In this document: one piece after another, positions 28,213-37,913 of the stretch
How the letters are laid out: every line of letters begins with the position of its first letter
Numbering within the stretch: position 1 is the first letter of the stretch
Origin: an uncultured virus (IMG/VR IMGVR_UViG_3300046171_000218)
Taxonomy: Duplodnaviria; Heunggongvirae; Uroviricota; Caudoviricetes
DNA length: 64,000 bases
Virus record (IMG/VR): IMGVR_UViG_3300046171_000218
Direction: 5' to 3' (one strand)
The notes under the pieces: generated by a model
Database searches by the model: none
Seen by the model: only the letters and a program-made list of their open reading frames with translations
Told to the model about the DNA's origin: nothing
Program-made: the position numbers and the translations under genes

Positions 28213-28538
28213 TCTACGTGTACTGTACCGATCATCCCTGCTCCTTTATGTGGCCCACACCAGTAAGTATAGTCACCTTTATCTGAAAATACAACGTCTT
28301 GAGATTCTCCCGGATTAAACATGAGCGATTCTCTAGAAAGATCAGGGCGATCTTCGACAATTATATTATGCGGAGGTAACATATTATTTTCAAAATGAAC
28401 AGTGTCACCTGCACTTATTGTAACTTCAGCAGGATCAAATACTAAGTTGCCATTAGAACCCATCTGCACATCTACAGCCCAAGCAGGTGCAGCAAGAAAT
28501 AATGTAGCAAGAAGTCCGAATAAAAACTTCATAAACAT
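28209..28538 (-). CDS. petE: Plastocyanin
   Basis: Signal peptide, PHN, YWCGPHKGAGM copper ligands. Confidence 0.95.
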   Translation of the reverse strand: MFMKFLFGLLATLFLAAPAWAVDVQMGSNGNLVFDPAEVTISAGDTVHFENNMLPPHNIIVEDRPDLSRESLMFNPGESQDVVFSDKGDYTYWCGPHKGAGMIGTVHVE

Positions 28539-28555
28539 TTTTATAACTACACTAT

Positions 28556-28762
28556 CTATTTCAGATTCAATCCCCTGTAACGAGGGTTTGTTTTGACTTC
28601 CTGACTTATCATTTTACTGTGTTCGTCCACACAATTACACCATTTTTTTCTTAATTCTTTTGCTTTTTCTTTATCTTTTATTTCATACTGAAAGTGCCAC
28701 CATTCATTCCAAATGGTGGTACACTCGTCACTCTTCTTTTGAAGATGTGGTTCTAGATACAA
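28556..28762 (-). CDS. Hypothetical protein
   Basis: EPHLQKKSDEC...LRKKWCNC. Confidence 0.6.
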   Translation of the reverse strand: MYLEPHLQKKSDECTTIWNEWWHFQYEIKDKEKAKELRKKWCNCVDEHSKMISQEVKTNPRYRGLNLK

Positions 28763-29065
28763 TTACTTTTTAGGTTCTATTGCTGACTGAACTGGTGGTT
28801 CTTCTTTCTTTTTAGAATGTCCATTACCATTACCTGCCTTGGCGGGACTAAGTCCGAAAGCAGCCAGTGATCCAGAGAACACTGAGGCAATGAATGTAGG
28901 ATCAAAATCTAAAATCTTTTGTCCGTTTGGAAGTCTAACATAGGAGAATGTGAGAAGGGATGCACTCCAAATAAGGACTACAACTTTCACCAAATTACCA
29001 AGAACTTCACTTTTGTCTTCATCTTGTTGCTTCTCTTCTACCTCTGCTTTGGATTTACCGAGCAT
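28763..29065 (-). CDS. Hypothetical membrane protein
   Basis: VVLIWSASLLTFSY...DPTFIASVFSGSLAAFG. Confidence 0.7.
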   Translation of the reverse strand: MLGKSKAEVEEKQQDEDKSEVLGNLVKVVVLIWSASLLTFSYVRLPNGQKILDFDPTFIASVFSGSLAAFGLSPAKAGNGNGHSKKKEEPPVQSAIEPKK

Positions 29066-29086
29066 TAGTATAGAAGTAAGGCATCT

Positions 29087-29740
29087 TTATTTAGAGATAA
29101 AACCCTGTTCCATCAACCATTTTTCAGTAAGAGGTGTTGGTTTATAAACTTCCCACATCCTTTTAGGGCCTGCACAAACTTTAAGAGCATCTCTAGTCAT
29201 GGTATCAGAGAATGCAGCAAACATTGCTTCCGCTTCATATGGAGATGCTGAGGGTGGATATGTTCTATTCGCCCCATCTACAATCCAATCAGGAATTTTA
29301 CCGTCCTTAAGGATTACAGCAGTAAATGTATTATCAATGGTTCCAGCCATGCAGTCTTGAGCAGTATGCCAACCCTCATGACGAAGAACTTTCAAGAGCA
29401 TATTAGGAGAAGAAATATATCTCTCATTAAAGAACATATCATTTCCCTTTACATAATAAAGTCCGCGTGTAGCAAAAGCAAAATATTTGTCGCTACCAAT
29501 ATAAACATTTACTCCGATTTGGTTAAGACTGGTGAGGATATCAGTGATCTCATCTTTGTATACTTCATGTTGCTCACCAAAACTCATCCAAGTTTTCACC
29601 TGTCTTACATCTTTGGTGCATTCGCGAAGCATCATACAACCCATAGAGTCATAAGAATTCCAGCTTTTAATTTTTGATTCATCGGCAAGGGCAGGTGTAG
29701 TCAATGCTGCTGCCATCAACATCATAAAAAATTTTTTCAT
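29087..29740 (-). CDS. Exported zincin-like (HExxH) protein
   Basis: Signal peptide; LRHEGWHTAQDC; downstream EAEA. Confidence 0.65.
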   Translation of the reverse strand: MKKFFMMLMAAALTTPALADESKIKSWNSYDSMGCMMLRECTKDVRQVKTWMSFGEQHEVYKDEITDILTSLNQIGVNVYIGSDKYFAFATRGLYYVKGNDMFFNERYISSPNMLLKVLRHEGWHTAQDCMAGTIDNTFTAVILKDGKIPDWIVDGANRTYPPSASPYEAEAMFAAFSDTMTRDALKVCAGPKRMWEVYKPTPLTEKWLMEQGFISK

Positions 29741-29743
29741 ATC

Positions 29744-30585
29744 TTAAAAAGGTAATACGCCACCGGTTGTTTGTGGAAGTGCCTCTGGGAGTTCTGCATC
29801 TAATGCAACAGGAAGAGCATCTGTAATTGCTTCTCCGATCGCCTCAGTCATTCGTGACTTGACATTCGCAATAATGTTATCCTTATTGAGATAAACATAA
29901 CCCCCTCCTGCAATTATAGCAGAAGTTCCTACGAATGAAAGTAGTGCTAATACATTAATTACTTTTTGCATAATATGCCTTGTAGTATTGAACTATGCCA
30001 GCTGTATGCATGTTGCCTTGAGATACCCAATCGTTGGCACATTCATAGATGGACTGACTCGAATATTTAGGAATAACACCATCCATTTGTCCTCCATATT
30101 TTGTAAGCAATATCTTAAGTGCCTGCTCACGCACCTTCATTTTGTGATCGTTGTAGCGCCAATCATCGATGGACATTTTCGGAACCGCCTTGAAAGTTTT
30201 CTGAACCACCAATAGGATTTAGTTGCAAAGTGGTTTTACCATTTTGCGTGGATATATCATACATCTTCTGATGCATACCATCATCCCCGTAGGACTGTTT
30301 CTTAAACTCATCAACTGCAGTATAAGGGGCATACAGAGGCCCTTCATAGTTTCCAGCAAATTCTACTTCTTTCTCTTTCATAGGATTTGGAAACCAATCA
30401 TCATGAGGTAATTCTTTTGGGGCTGGAATGCCAGTGAAGTAATTTATTGCATCATCTTTAAATGCTTGTCCTTCATTATAGTCGTCTTGTAGTTCACTAC
30501 AATCAACAATATTATTGTCTACAGCACATTCAATCTTATCTGTTGCTTGTTCTCTTTTGAAGAGTGCTTTAATTTTTTCGATCAT
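29744..30585 (-). CDS. Three hypothetical ORFs (29744-29971, 29955-30212, 30163-30585)
   Basis: Overlapping co-oriented ORFs. Confidence 0.55.
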
Positions 30586-30759
30586 AAAAAAGGAGCAACC
30601 TGTGCTCCAATTATAGTAAATTTATTTAGTTTTGTCAAGGGGAGGGAACCGATGCTGGTATCATCATTCCTCCACTCATGTCGTCGTCATCATCAACATC
30701 CCGTGCCAAGAATGATCCAACGATAAATCCTGCGAACAAAGACATTGCTAAGACTAACA

Positions 30760-30867
30760 TCACCATAATCCGGGAATAATCTGGCCCGTTACGGCATATG
30801 CACCTAGAGCGGCAACAATGCCGATCATGGCTGCGAGTCCATTAATTCTTTCTGCTGTTTCGTTCAT
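30760..30867 (-). CDS. hli: High-light-inducible protein (35 aa)
   Basis: Manual translation MNETAERINGLAAMIGIVAALGAYAVTGQIIPGLW. Confidence 0.9.
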   Translation of the reverse strand: MNETAERINGLAAMIGIVAALGAYAVTGQIIPGLW

Positions 30868-31085
30868 GATTCTAAGGTAAGGTAAAATTTAGTTTGATCG
30901 GATGGTGAATTTTCATAAATGGAGGAATCACCATACTCCTTATGATCTTTGTATCCAACCATGCGTCCCTTTGTATTTTGAAGGGCAGGCATGAATACGA
31001 TAAAAAAGAATACTCCTGGGGCACCAATCAGAAGGGCACCACCAATAACATAATAAGTCAGAATTTCAAGAAGGGAGTTTTCCAT
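30864..31085 (-). CDS. Hypothetical membrane protein
   Basis: TM segment, FMPALQNTKGRMVGY. Confidence 0.6.
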   Translation of the reverse strand: MENSLLEILTYYVIGGALLIGAPGVFFFIVFMPALQNTKGRMVGYKDHKEYGDSSIYENSPSDQTKFYLTLES

Positions 31086-31306
31086 TAGGGATGTTCAGTA
31101 AAATGTTTTTGAATAACTTCTAAGCGTTCTTCCTCATGTGCAATAATATCGAGTTGATCTTGAATTGCAGCAAGGATATCTGGATGTTCACCAATGCCTA
31201 CCGGTTGGTGTAGATAGACTTCTACATTTGCTTTTGCTTTAGCAATATTACCCTGAGCATCGGCACTTAGTGCTTCGATAATTTTAGCGCGGAGATTGCA
31301 AGACAT
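31085..31306 (-). CDS. Conserved hypothetical protein
   Basis: AKANVEVYL..PVGIGEHPDI. Confidence 0.75.
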   Translation of the reverse strand: MSCNLRAKIIEALSADAQGNIAKAKANVEVYLHQPVGIGEHPDILAAIQDQLDIIAHEEERLEVIQKHFTEHP

Positions 31307-31596
31307 CAGTACAGTTCTTCCTCTTTTTCGGTTTCAATTACACAATCACTTTCAGGATATGCAACACATAGTAGAGCAAATCCCGCTTCAATTTGATCAT
31401 CATCTAAAAATGATTGTTCTTCTTGATTTAGTGAACCTTCAACAACCTTTCCGGCACAAGATGAACAGGCACCTGCACGACAGGAATAAGGGAGATCAAT
31501 ACCAGCTTCATCAGCAGCATCTAAAATATATTGATCATCTTCACATTGAATAGTATTTTCACCTTCGGGGGTTTTGAGAGTGATAGTGAAAGACAT
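31306..31596 (-). CDS. petF: [2Fe-2S] plant-type ferredoxin
   Basis: [15 protein letters not shown]...LLCVAYP. Confidence 0.97.
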   Translation of the reverse strand: MSFTITLKTPEGENTIQCEDDQYILDAADEAGIDLPYSCRAGACSSCAGKVVEGSLNQEEQSFLDDDQIEAGFALLCVAYPESDCVIETEKEEELY

Positions 31597-31656
31597 TTAA
31601 TACAATCGGATGTAAAGATTATATAGATTCTGCGATACCAAGTCAAGTATCAATTA

Positions 31657-31875
31657 TCAGAATCCGAAGACACCAAAGAAAAATACACTACCAGTAGTAG
31701 CATAAGAGATGATAGCAGAAACAAATCCAAGCATAGCAGTACGTCCATTTAATTTTTCCGCACGCTCTGCATACGTTTCATATCCATAACGCTCAGCGTC
31801 AGTCTTAGAGACGTACATCTGTGGCTCCTTAGCAAACAGATTCTGCTGCCCAAACTCATTCGTTGTTACAGTCAT
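31657..31875 (-). CDS. hli: High-light-inducible protein
   Basis: NLFAKEP, AEKLNGRTAMLGF. Confidence 0.93.
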   Translation of the reverse strand: MTVTTNEFGQQNLFAKEPQMYVSKTDAERYGYETYAERAEKLNGRTAMLGFVSAIISYATTGSVFFFGVFGF

Positions 31876-31884
31876 TAACTTATT

Positions 31885-31930
31885 GTTATGAAACTTTACA
31901 TAGTATATAGTAAAAAAGCACCCCTGTCAA
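31885..31930 (-). promoter_or_regulatory. hli promoter TTGACA-17-TATACT with HLR1-like repeat at the start site
   Basis: -35 at 31930-31925, -10 at 31907-31902; GTTATGAA-AC-TTTACATA at 31885-31902 (+ strand). Confidence 0.65.
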
Positions 31931-31953
31931 GGGTGCTGTGTAGTGATTTATAC

Positions 31954-32163
31954 TCAGTAGTCGTCCCCTTCAAGGATATCCTGACATTTCTCAGGATTCT
32001 TCTCACAAAATTTTCTGACATAACCATGAACATCTTCATCCATATGATAATGGTAGTTGTTGTGCATCACACCGACAATAATCAAAGTTCCCACAATCAA
32101 AATATTGAGTTGGGTAACAGGAGAAAGTAGAATCCTCTTCATAAAAAAGGGGTGCCGTCGCAC
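31954..32163 (-). CDS. Hypothetical membrane protein
   Basis: TM segment, HNNYHYHM..D.HGYV..FC. Confidence 0.55.
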   Translation of the reverse strand: MRRHPFFMKRILLSPVTQLNILIVGTLIIVGVMHNNYHYHMDEDVHGYVRKFCEKNPEKCQDILEGDDY

Positions 32164-32200
32164 CCCAGTATATCATCTAGATGTATTATTGTCTATCGTA

Positions 32201-32575
32201 TCAGAAGTTGTACTTCACACCCAATTTACCACCGACGCTAAGATCATCCATTTCAAACTCATCGGTAGCGGTAATCGCAGAGAGTTCGGCATAGACGCCA
32301 AGTGCATCAGTAACGGGGACGCCAACACCAACCTTACCGGAGATACGGGTTTCGTTCTCTTCACCATCGATAGCAACGATAGCAGGGCCACCCTGAACAT
32401 AAACGGAAGCAGCACCGACTTGGCCTTCAACGCCTACGTGGATGTCGGTAGTTGCCCCGACATAATCATCGCCCGCCCAACCTGCATTAGTTTCTACGTT
32501 GACATAAGGGCCTGCAAGGGCAGCGCCTGCGGAAGTGAACAGAGCAGCAGTTGCTGCGAATACAGTTTTAAACAT
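32201..32575 (-). CDS. Small outer-membrane beta-barrel-like protein
   Basis: Signal peptide, alternating beta-strand pattern, C-terminal KLGVKYNF (terminal Phe). Confidence 0.65.
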   Translation of the reverse strand: MFKTVFAATAALFTSAGAALAGPYVNVETNAGWAGDDYVGATTDIHVGVEGQVGAASVYVQGGPAIVAIDGEENETRISGKVGVGVPVTDALGVYAELSAITATDEFEMDDLSVGGKLGVKYNF

Positions 32576-32706
32576 TTTTGTGTACCTTTATTTACTTGCG
32601 GAATGGTTACCCGCAGATGGAAAGAACCTCGACTTGGTTCTGTGTAATTATACCTAATGCAAAGCAAAAGGTTAAGTATTTATGATAACAGTTTCTTCAA
32701 ATTCTG

Positions 32707-33543
32707 TCAACTTGATGGGTTTTCCGCCTGTTTTGCGGCTGCTACAGCAGCAGAGTTCTCAGTGATTCTACCTAAATATGGATCATAATTCATTTGATCC
32801 TGAATACTCATTTGAGCACCATTTGTAATCCAGTAATTAGATTGTGCTTTATAGTTGCCTATATGAAAAGCATCAATATGTTCTGGATGAATACTAGAAC
32901 CCAAATCAGTCTTATAAAGAAGAAGTGGAATGGAGTATGTGTTACCCGAATTGTAGATTAAATCATCTGCAACAGGACGCGGTTTCACTCCGTTATCTAT
33001 TTTATATTTGTTACCGCGTACATGAAAGTCTAACAGTTTTTGTGCGTGGCGTCTAGTAATCATGTAGCAAGCGGTAGAGAAGTCATTTACAAACCGCTTG
33101 TGAATCTTGACATGAATATCGCCCGTACAAATAATTGCAAGTTGAATTACATCATAGTCATAAGGAGTGTATGCAATAAAATCATCCCATGTAAAGTTCC
33201 AACATTGAACTGTTTCAAGACTACAATCATCTTCCATGATGATTGCATAAGAACTATCAGATGACTCTAACCAGTGTTTAATTGCTTTTAGATGAGAAGT
33301 GGTACAACCAATCTCACCAGAAGACATTAGATCTGGATATCTTCCCTTAATAATATGCCCAAGATCATCATCTCTACCATCATAAGCAGAGATACGTTCA
33401 TAATTTTCAATACCCCAATACTCGAACTGATCTTCCATGAACTGACGCCGTTCTGGTTGATCATCCAAGTTTAGATAATAAACAGGGCCAAAATTACAAA
33501 GTTTATGTTTTGATTTGTTTTTTTCGGCGTTACTAAAAGTCAT
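32707..33543 (-). CDS. Glycosyltransferase family 25
   Basis: YYLNLD..PERR, RISAYDG, GEIGC..SH, IMEDD. Confidence 0.85.
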   Translation of the reverse strand: MTFSNAEKNKSKHKLCNFGPVYYLNLDDQPERRQFMEDQFEYWGIENYERISAYDGRDDDLGHIIKGRYPDLMSSGEIGCTTSHLKAIKHWLESSDSSYAIIMEDDCSLETVQCWNFTWDDFIAYTPYDYDVIQLAIICTGDIHVKIHKRFVNDFSTACYMITRRHAQKLLDFHVRGNKYKIDNGVKPRPVADDLIYNSGNTYSIPLLLYKTDLGSSIHPEHIDAFHIGNYKAQSNYWITNGAQMSIQDQMNYDPYLGRITENSAAVAAAKQAENPSS

Positions 33544-34679
33544 TAGATATCTACCTCAAATACTTCTTCGTTAGGTTCTCCAAACTTTACTCTATCATAA
33601 TATTGATCATATAGAGTATCTTTGACACGATTCAGAATAGTTTCGTTATCATTGATGTAAACAGTATATCCTTGATTAAGTAATTCCTTGCAAAGTTTAA
33701 ACTGTTGACTCTCCGTTAGAATATCAGTTCCTTTCTTATATGAAACGTAGTCAAAGTAAAAAGGAAGATTCTTATGATTCTTACAAATCATGTAATCAAG
33801 AAGAAATTTATTATGTGCTTCATTGAAGTTATCAGTCGTAGCACCTAAGTTATATTCAACACCAAGACTCTTAGCATAGGCAGCAAAAGCACGATTATCT
33901 CTAGGAAGACAGGGGCCACCAAAACCATAACCAAACTTCAGATACTTCTTACCAATTCTACTATCTGCACCGATAGCATCGAGTACGGTATCAATCTCAT
34001 CCTCCATGCCATCTAGAGTGAGCACTTGTCCCATCATGTTGGCATAACTAATCTTTGTGGTAAGGAAGCAGTTAGTGGCGATTTTAACCACCTCTGAGGC
34101 AGTTCTAGACATCAGACTAATCTGAGGTTTTGTAACTTGAATCTTATGATAAAGTTCAGATAATTTATCAAATGTTTTACCCCACTTACCACCAATCAGA
34201 ACCATATCAGCGTTCTGAAGATCTTTAACAATAGATCCTTGTGCGATAAATTCTGGATTATAAAAAGTTTCCCAACCAACTTCATCCAGTCTATCTTGGA
34301 ACATCTCACAATCACCAGGATTAGTGGTACATCCAACGATAAAAGGTTTATCCTTTACACCAGACTCGATGATATCATCAACAACTCTCCACACAGCACT
34401 GACATCATAGTCACCACTGGGAAGAGAAGGGGTTGCAACAAGTGTGTAAATGATATCACACTCTTCAATTACTTTTTGATTGCTAGTTGTGGCTGAGAAA
34501 TTATTAGATTGACTAAGCAAATCTTGAACATCAGGTTCATTAGTCTTGATCTTCTTTTCCATAAGATCAGCGACGTAATCTTCGCGAATATCAGAGACTA
34601 ATACATCATACCCTGCTTGTTCACAAAGAAGTGCGAAGCAAATACCAAGTCGCCCCGCACCAATTACACCAATTTTCAT
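33543..34679 (-). CDS. UDP-glucose/GDP-mannose 6-dehydrogenase family
   Basis: GAGRLG, VATPS, YNPEFIAQG, GFGGPCLPRD. Confidence 0.9.
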   Translation of the reverse strand: MKIGVIGAGRLGICFALLCEQAGYDVLVSDIREDYVADLMEKKIKTNEPDVQDLLSQSNNFSATTSNQKVIEECDIIYTLVATPSLPSGDYDVSAVWRVVDDIIESGVKDKPFIVGCTTNPGDCEMFQDRLDEVGWETFYNPEFIAQGSIVKDLQNADMVLIGGKWGKTFDKLSELYHKIQVTKPQISLMSRTASEVVKIATNCFLTTKISYANMMGQVLTLDGMEDEIDTVLDAIGADSRIGKKYLKFGYGFGGPCLPRDNRAFAAYAKSLGVEYNLGATTDNFNEAHNKFLLDYMICKNHKNLPFYFDYVSYKKGTDILTESQQFKLCKELLNQGYTVYINDNETILNRVKDTLYDQYYDRVKFGEPNEEVFEVDI

Positions 34680-35527
34680 AGTTTGAATGTTGGAATAGAG
34701 ATCATTTTATGCTTGTTCTGGCGGTGAAACTTACCATACTGTCTGATAGCAGACTTTTGATTTTCGGTTAGTTCTTTACCCCTCCACATGGTAGCAGACT
34801 CTGGATTTTTTTCATGAATGAAAATTCCAGATTCCATAACCCATTCTAGATCTTCATAGGAAGCACCAACCTGTGCTTCATCAGTCCTACTATCTTCCCA
34901 CAGTCCATCTGTAGGAGCAGCAGAGATAATACGCGGATCAACACCAAGGTGTCTACCAAGTTCCCATACTTCTGTTTTGTACAAGTCCGCGATAGGTGCA
35001 ATATCCACACCGCCATCACCATATTTAGTGTAGAATCCGATACCGTAATCTTCAACCTTGTTACCAGTACCGACAACCATACCACCAACTGTTCCTGCAA
35101 TCTGATACAGAGTCACCATACGAAGACGTGACTTTGTATTTGCATTTGCAAGTTGATTGGAAGTATATGTTCCTTTCTCTCCGCCATGTGCATCAGTCCA
35201 CCAGTCAATAGAACTGAGTAATTTTTCATATGTAGAAGAAAGATCTACATTTTGCATCATGACATTTTCATACTGCTCTCTCAGTTCAGTCGCATGTGCG
35301 ACAGATAGAATAGTATTATCCATCTTTGAGTTTAGAGACATCGTCAGGACATACGTAGGCAGTCCTGTACGAGCACAAAGAGTTGATACAACAGCAGAGT
35401 CAATGCCACCAGACACACCACAAACAAGTGCTCTGATATTATTATTATCAGCGTATTCTCTAAGCCAGAGAACGATTCTTTCTTCTAATTCAGCGTAGTC
35501 TTTAATTCTGTTCATAGGATAATCCAA
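34676..35527 (-). CDS. nadE: NH3-dependent NAD+ synthetase
   Basis: GVSGGIDS PP-loop, SRLRM, GTGNKVE, GFYTKYGDG, DIAPIADLYKTEV, PTDGLW. Confidence 0.92.
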   Translation of the reverse strand: MDYPMNRIKDYAELEERIVLWLREYADNNNIRALVCGVSGGIDSAVVSTLCARTGLPTYVLTMSLNSKMDNTILSVAHATELREQYENVMMQNVDLSSTYEKLLSSIDWWTDAHGGEKGTYTSNQLANANTKSRLRMVTLYQIAGTVGGMVVGTGNKVEDYGIGFYTKYGDGGVDIAPIADLYKTEVWELGRHLGVDPRIISAAPTDGLWEDSRTDEAQVGASYEDLEWVMESGIFIHEKNPESATMWRGKELTENQKSAIRQYGKFHRQNKHKMISIPTFKL

Positions 35528-36366
35528 TCAGGGCAATAGAGATCTGTAGTGTCTTTATCTGCATAAGCAGGCCCGAACCAGTTCTTCGGAGCAATAACTT
35601 TTTTGTTGAGGTTTGCTTGTAACCAGGCTCCCCACCAACTCATACTACTGTTAGCAATAATAGCATGAGAGCATAGAGACATCAAGCACAAGTCAGCATA
35701 TGGAGTAAAAGATCCATCTGCATATTTATCAAATGGTTCTGATATCAAAAATCTATCACCAGAGAAGAATTCTTGTTCTTTCACCCAATCAACAGAATCA
35801 GAGAATACAAAGACGGGTTGATTGTCATCAAATTCTGCAAGAGCACTTTCATAATATTCAATACTTTGAGGTGGATGTTGCGATGAACACTGAGTATATG
35901 CCCATTTAAATCCACGGGGATCTGTCAGGTTAGGATCACCCCGCCGAACATGAAGCATGATGGGTTCTTGATCCTTAAACTCATCCATGATTTGTTTGCA
36001 AGGTTCGAGATGCTCATCATGAAAAGTATATTCTCTCCGAATAATATCTTCTGCATTCTTAAAGTATTTTTCAGACTGAAAGAATCCATGAAGACTGACG
36101 TTATCAGGACACTTTTCTACAAGTTGTTCATCATAATTGAAGAATCTTTCTTGCACATATCCAGAATTTCTTTGTTGAAGGTTTTCTTCTTTTACATCCT
36201 CCATCTTGAAACAATAGTGTAAACTATAGTTCTCAATACTCTGTGCATTATATGGAGGAATACACCAGTCATATCCATGCTTAGCAGCAATACCACGAAG
36301 TGCAGCATACTCAAACATTTGATTACCTAGTCTTCCTAGATTACCTAGTTGATTAAATGCTAGCAT
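35512..36366 (-). CDS. Glycosyltransferase family 11 (alpha-1,2-fucosyltransferase-like)
   Basis: GRLGNQMFEYA, GFFQSEKYF, HVRRGD, IIANSSMSWWGAWL. Confidence 0.9.
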   Translation of the reverse strand: MLAFNQLGNLGRLGNQMFEYAALRGIAAKHGYDWCIPPYNAQSIENYSLHYCFKMEDVKEENLQQRNSGYVQERFFNYDEQLVEKCPDNVSLHGFFQSEKYFKNAEDIIRREYTFHDEHLEPCKQIMDEFKDQEPIMLHVRRGDPNLTDPRGFKWAYTQCSSQHPPQSIEYYESALAEFDDNQPVFVFSDSVDWVKEQEFFSGDRFLISEPFDKYADGSFTPYADLCLMSLCSHAIIANSSMSWWGAWLQANLNKKVIAPKNWFGPAYADKDTTDLYCPDWIIL

Positions 36367-37165
36367 ACTTCTCCAGATATTCTTGATTAGAATAATAATC
36401 CATTAATTGTTTTTTGTCCATTCCACTTATCATTTCCCATTCTTGCAGATTAGATTCCATGTGTGGGTTAGAGAACCATGAATTTTCTCCTCTGGCATGT
36501 TCTAAGTGATAAACAACGTTATCAATTCTGCCAACTTTATATCCCAATGTAGTGAATCTAAAATATCTTTCTTTATCTTCAGGAGCATATGCTCGGAAGT
36601 TTTCATTCTCCATGCCACCTTCAATATAAACACTGCGTCTAAAGAACTGGGCCCATCCAAAGTCAGATGTATGTTCATTAGAAACAGCATCTAAAACAGC
36701 ATAGTCATTACTATCAAGGAAAGCAGATACAATTTTATCTTCTGCATTTACTTGTCGTTGATACATTCCATCACCATATGGATACACAACATCAAAAACT
36801 TTTTCTTTAATCCCCATGTATGCAGTCACATATGATTCAAGGGGCAGAATCACATCACAATCATAATTAACTACTATTTCTGTGTCTGCCTCTACAATCA
36901 TTTCATTAAGAACTCTCTGACGATGAAACAGAGGTTGATCACTCTCTTCAAAAATGTGCTTTACCTTGACATCTCCAAAAAAACTTTCTAGTTGAGGGAG
37001 TGCTCTTTCTTTGAACACAGAAGTTTTATCAACTTCTTTAATAATAATATTTGTGTTGAAGTTGTTCAAAAGAAATGCTACTGAAGTAATAACATTCCTC
37101 AATCTATCTTCCGATTCAATGCGAATAGGAATGATAAAGGTTACGTCGGTTAAATCAATTTTCAT
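36353..37165 (-). CDS. GT-A glycosyltransferase (GT2/GT7C-like)
   Basis: TFIIPIR...DRLRN, NYDCD, GGMENENF..YAPED.ER, YHLEH. Confidence 0.8.
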   Translation of the reverse strand: MKIDLTDVTFIIPIRIESEDRLRNVITSVAFLLNNFNTNIIIKEVDKTSVFKERALPQLESFFGDVKVKHIFEESDQPLFHRQRVLNEMIVEADTEIVVNYDCDVILPLESYVTAYMGIKEKVFDVVYPYGDGMYQRQVNAEDKIVSAFLDSNDYAVLDAVSNEHTSDFGWAQFFRRSVYIEGGMENENFRAYAPEDKERYFRFTTLGYKVGRIDNVVYHLEHARGENSWFSNPHMESNLQEWEMISGMDKKQLMDYYSNQEYLEKYASI

Positions 37166-37913
37166 CAGGATACTTTCTCGTCACAAAAAATTCTGAATGC
37201 TTTTGATAGATATGATCTATTTCTTCTTTATTTACCAACCAAGTTCTAGATGAGTCAGAAATAGTAGCGTTATAATCAATCCCACCGGAACTCGTTCTAT
37301 TATCATGCTCACGGTTTGCTGTTAACACATCGTCAATTATTGCTGGCATACCATGCTTAATTCTCATTCGATGGTACAATTCGGTATCAATTAATAGGTT
37401 AAGTTTTTCATCCATACCATCATAAGTGCCATTAAGAAATGCCGTGCCCGATGGATTACCTAATAAATTGTCACCTTCAAGCATTCTTGCAGTCCATTTC
37501 GGGCAGCAATCTCTATGAGTTTCTACACCATCTGTAGTGTGAGTAAACCCATGAATCAACCATTTAGCCCCATTTTGAAATACTTCATATATTTTTTGAA
37601 GGGCATCATTGCTAATAAAAATATCATCCTGGTAAATCAATTTTAATATTTTACCCTCAGCATTTTCAATAGCACAATTAGTATTTGCTGCTAAACTCCC
37701 TCGTCCATTTGGATTTTTAATATATGTAATATCAAAATCATAGTCACAATTACGACACCATTCCCGAATCACATCATCCTTACTATGATCAGAAATAACA
37801 ATATCAAAGTCTTTGAAAGATTGATTTGCAATTGTATCAAATAACTTTCCAAGATAAAAAACTCCATCACCTCGATATTCATAGGTGGGAATGCATATAC
37901 TAATTTCTGACAT
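37155..37913 (-). CDS. Glycosyltransferase family 2
   Basis: ISICIPTY, IVISDHS, N.N.AI, YQDD; start taken at MSEIS. Confidence 0.85.
   Translation of the reverse strand: MSEISICIPTYEYRGDGVFYLGKLFDTIANQSFKDFDIVISDHSKDDVIREWCRNCDYDFDITYIKNPNGRGSLAANTNCAIENAEGKILKLIYQDDIFISNDALQKIYEVFQNGAKWLIHGFTHTTDGVETHRDCCPKWTARMLEGDNLLGNPSGTAFLNGTYDGMDEKLNLLIDTELYHRMRIKHGMPAIIDDVLTANREHDNRTSSGGIDYNATISDSSRTWLVNKEEIDHIYQKHSEFFVTRKYPDEN

Noticed and set aside
32057..32647. 196-aa plus-strand ORF
   Set aside because: Antisense shadow of the beta-barrel gene; no motifs or RBS.
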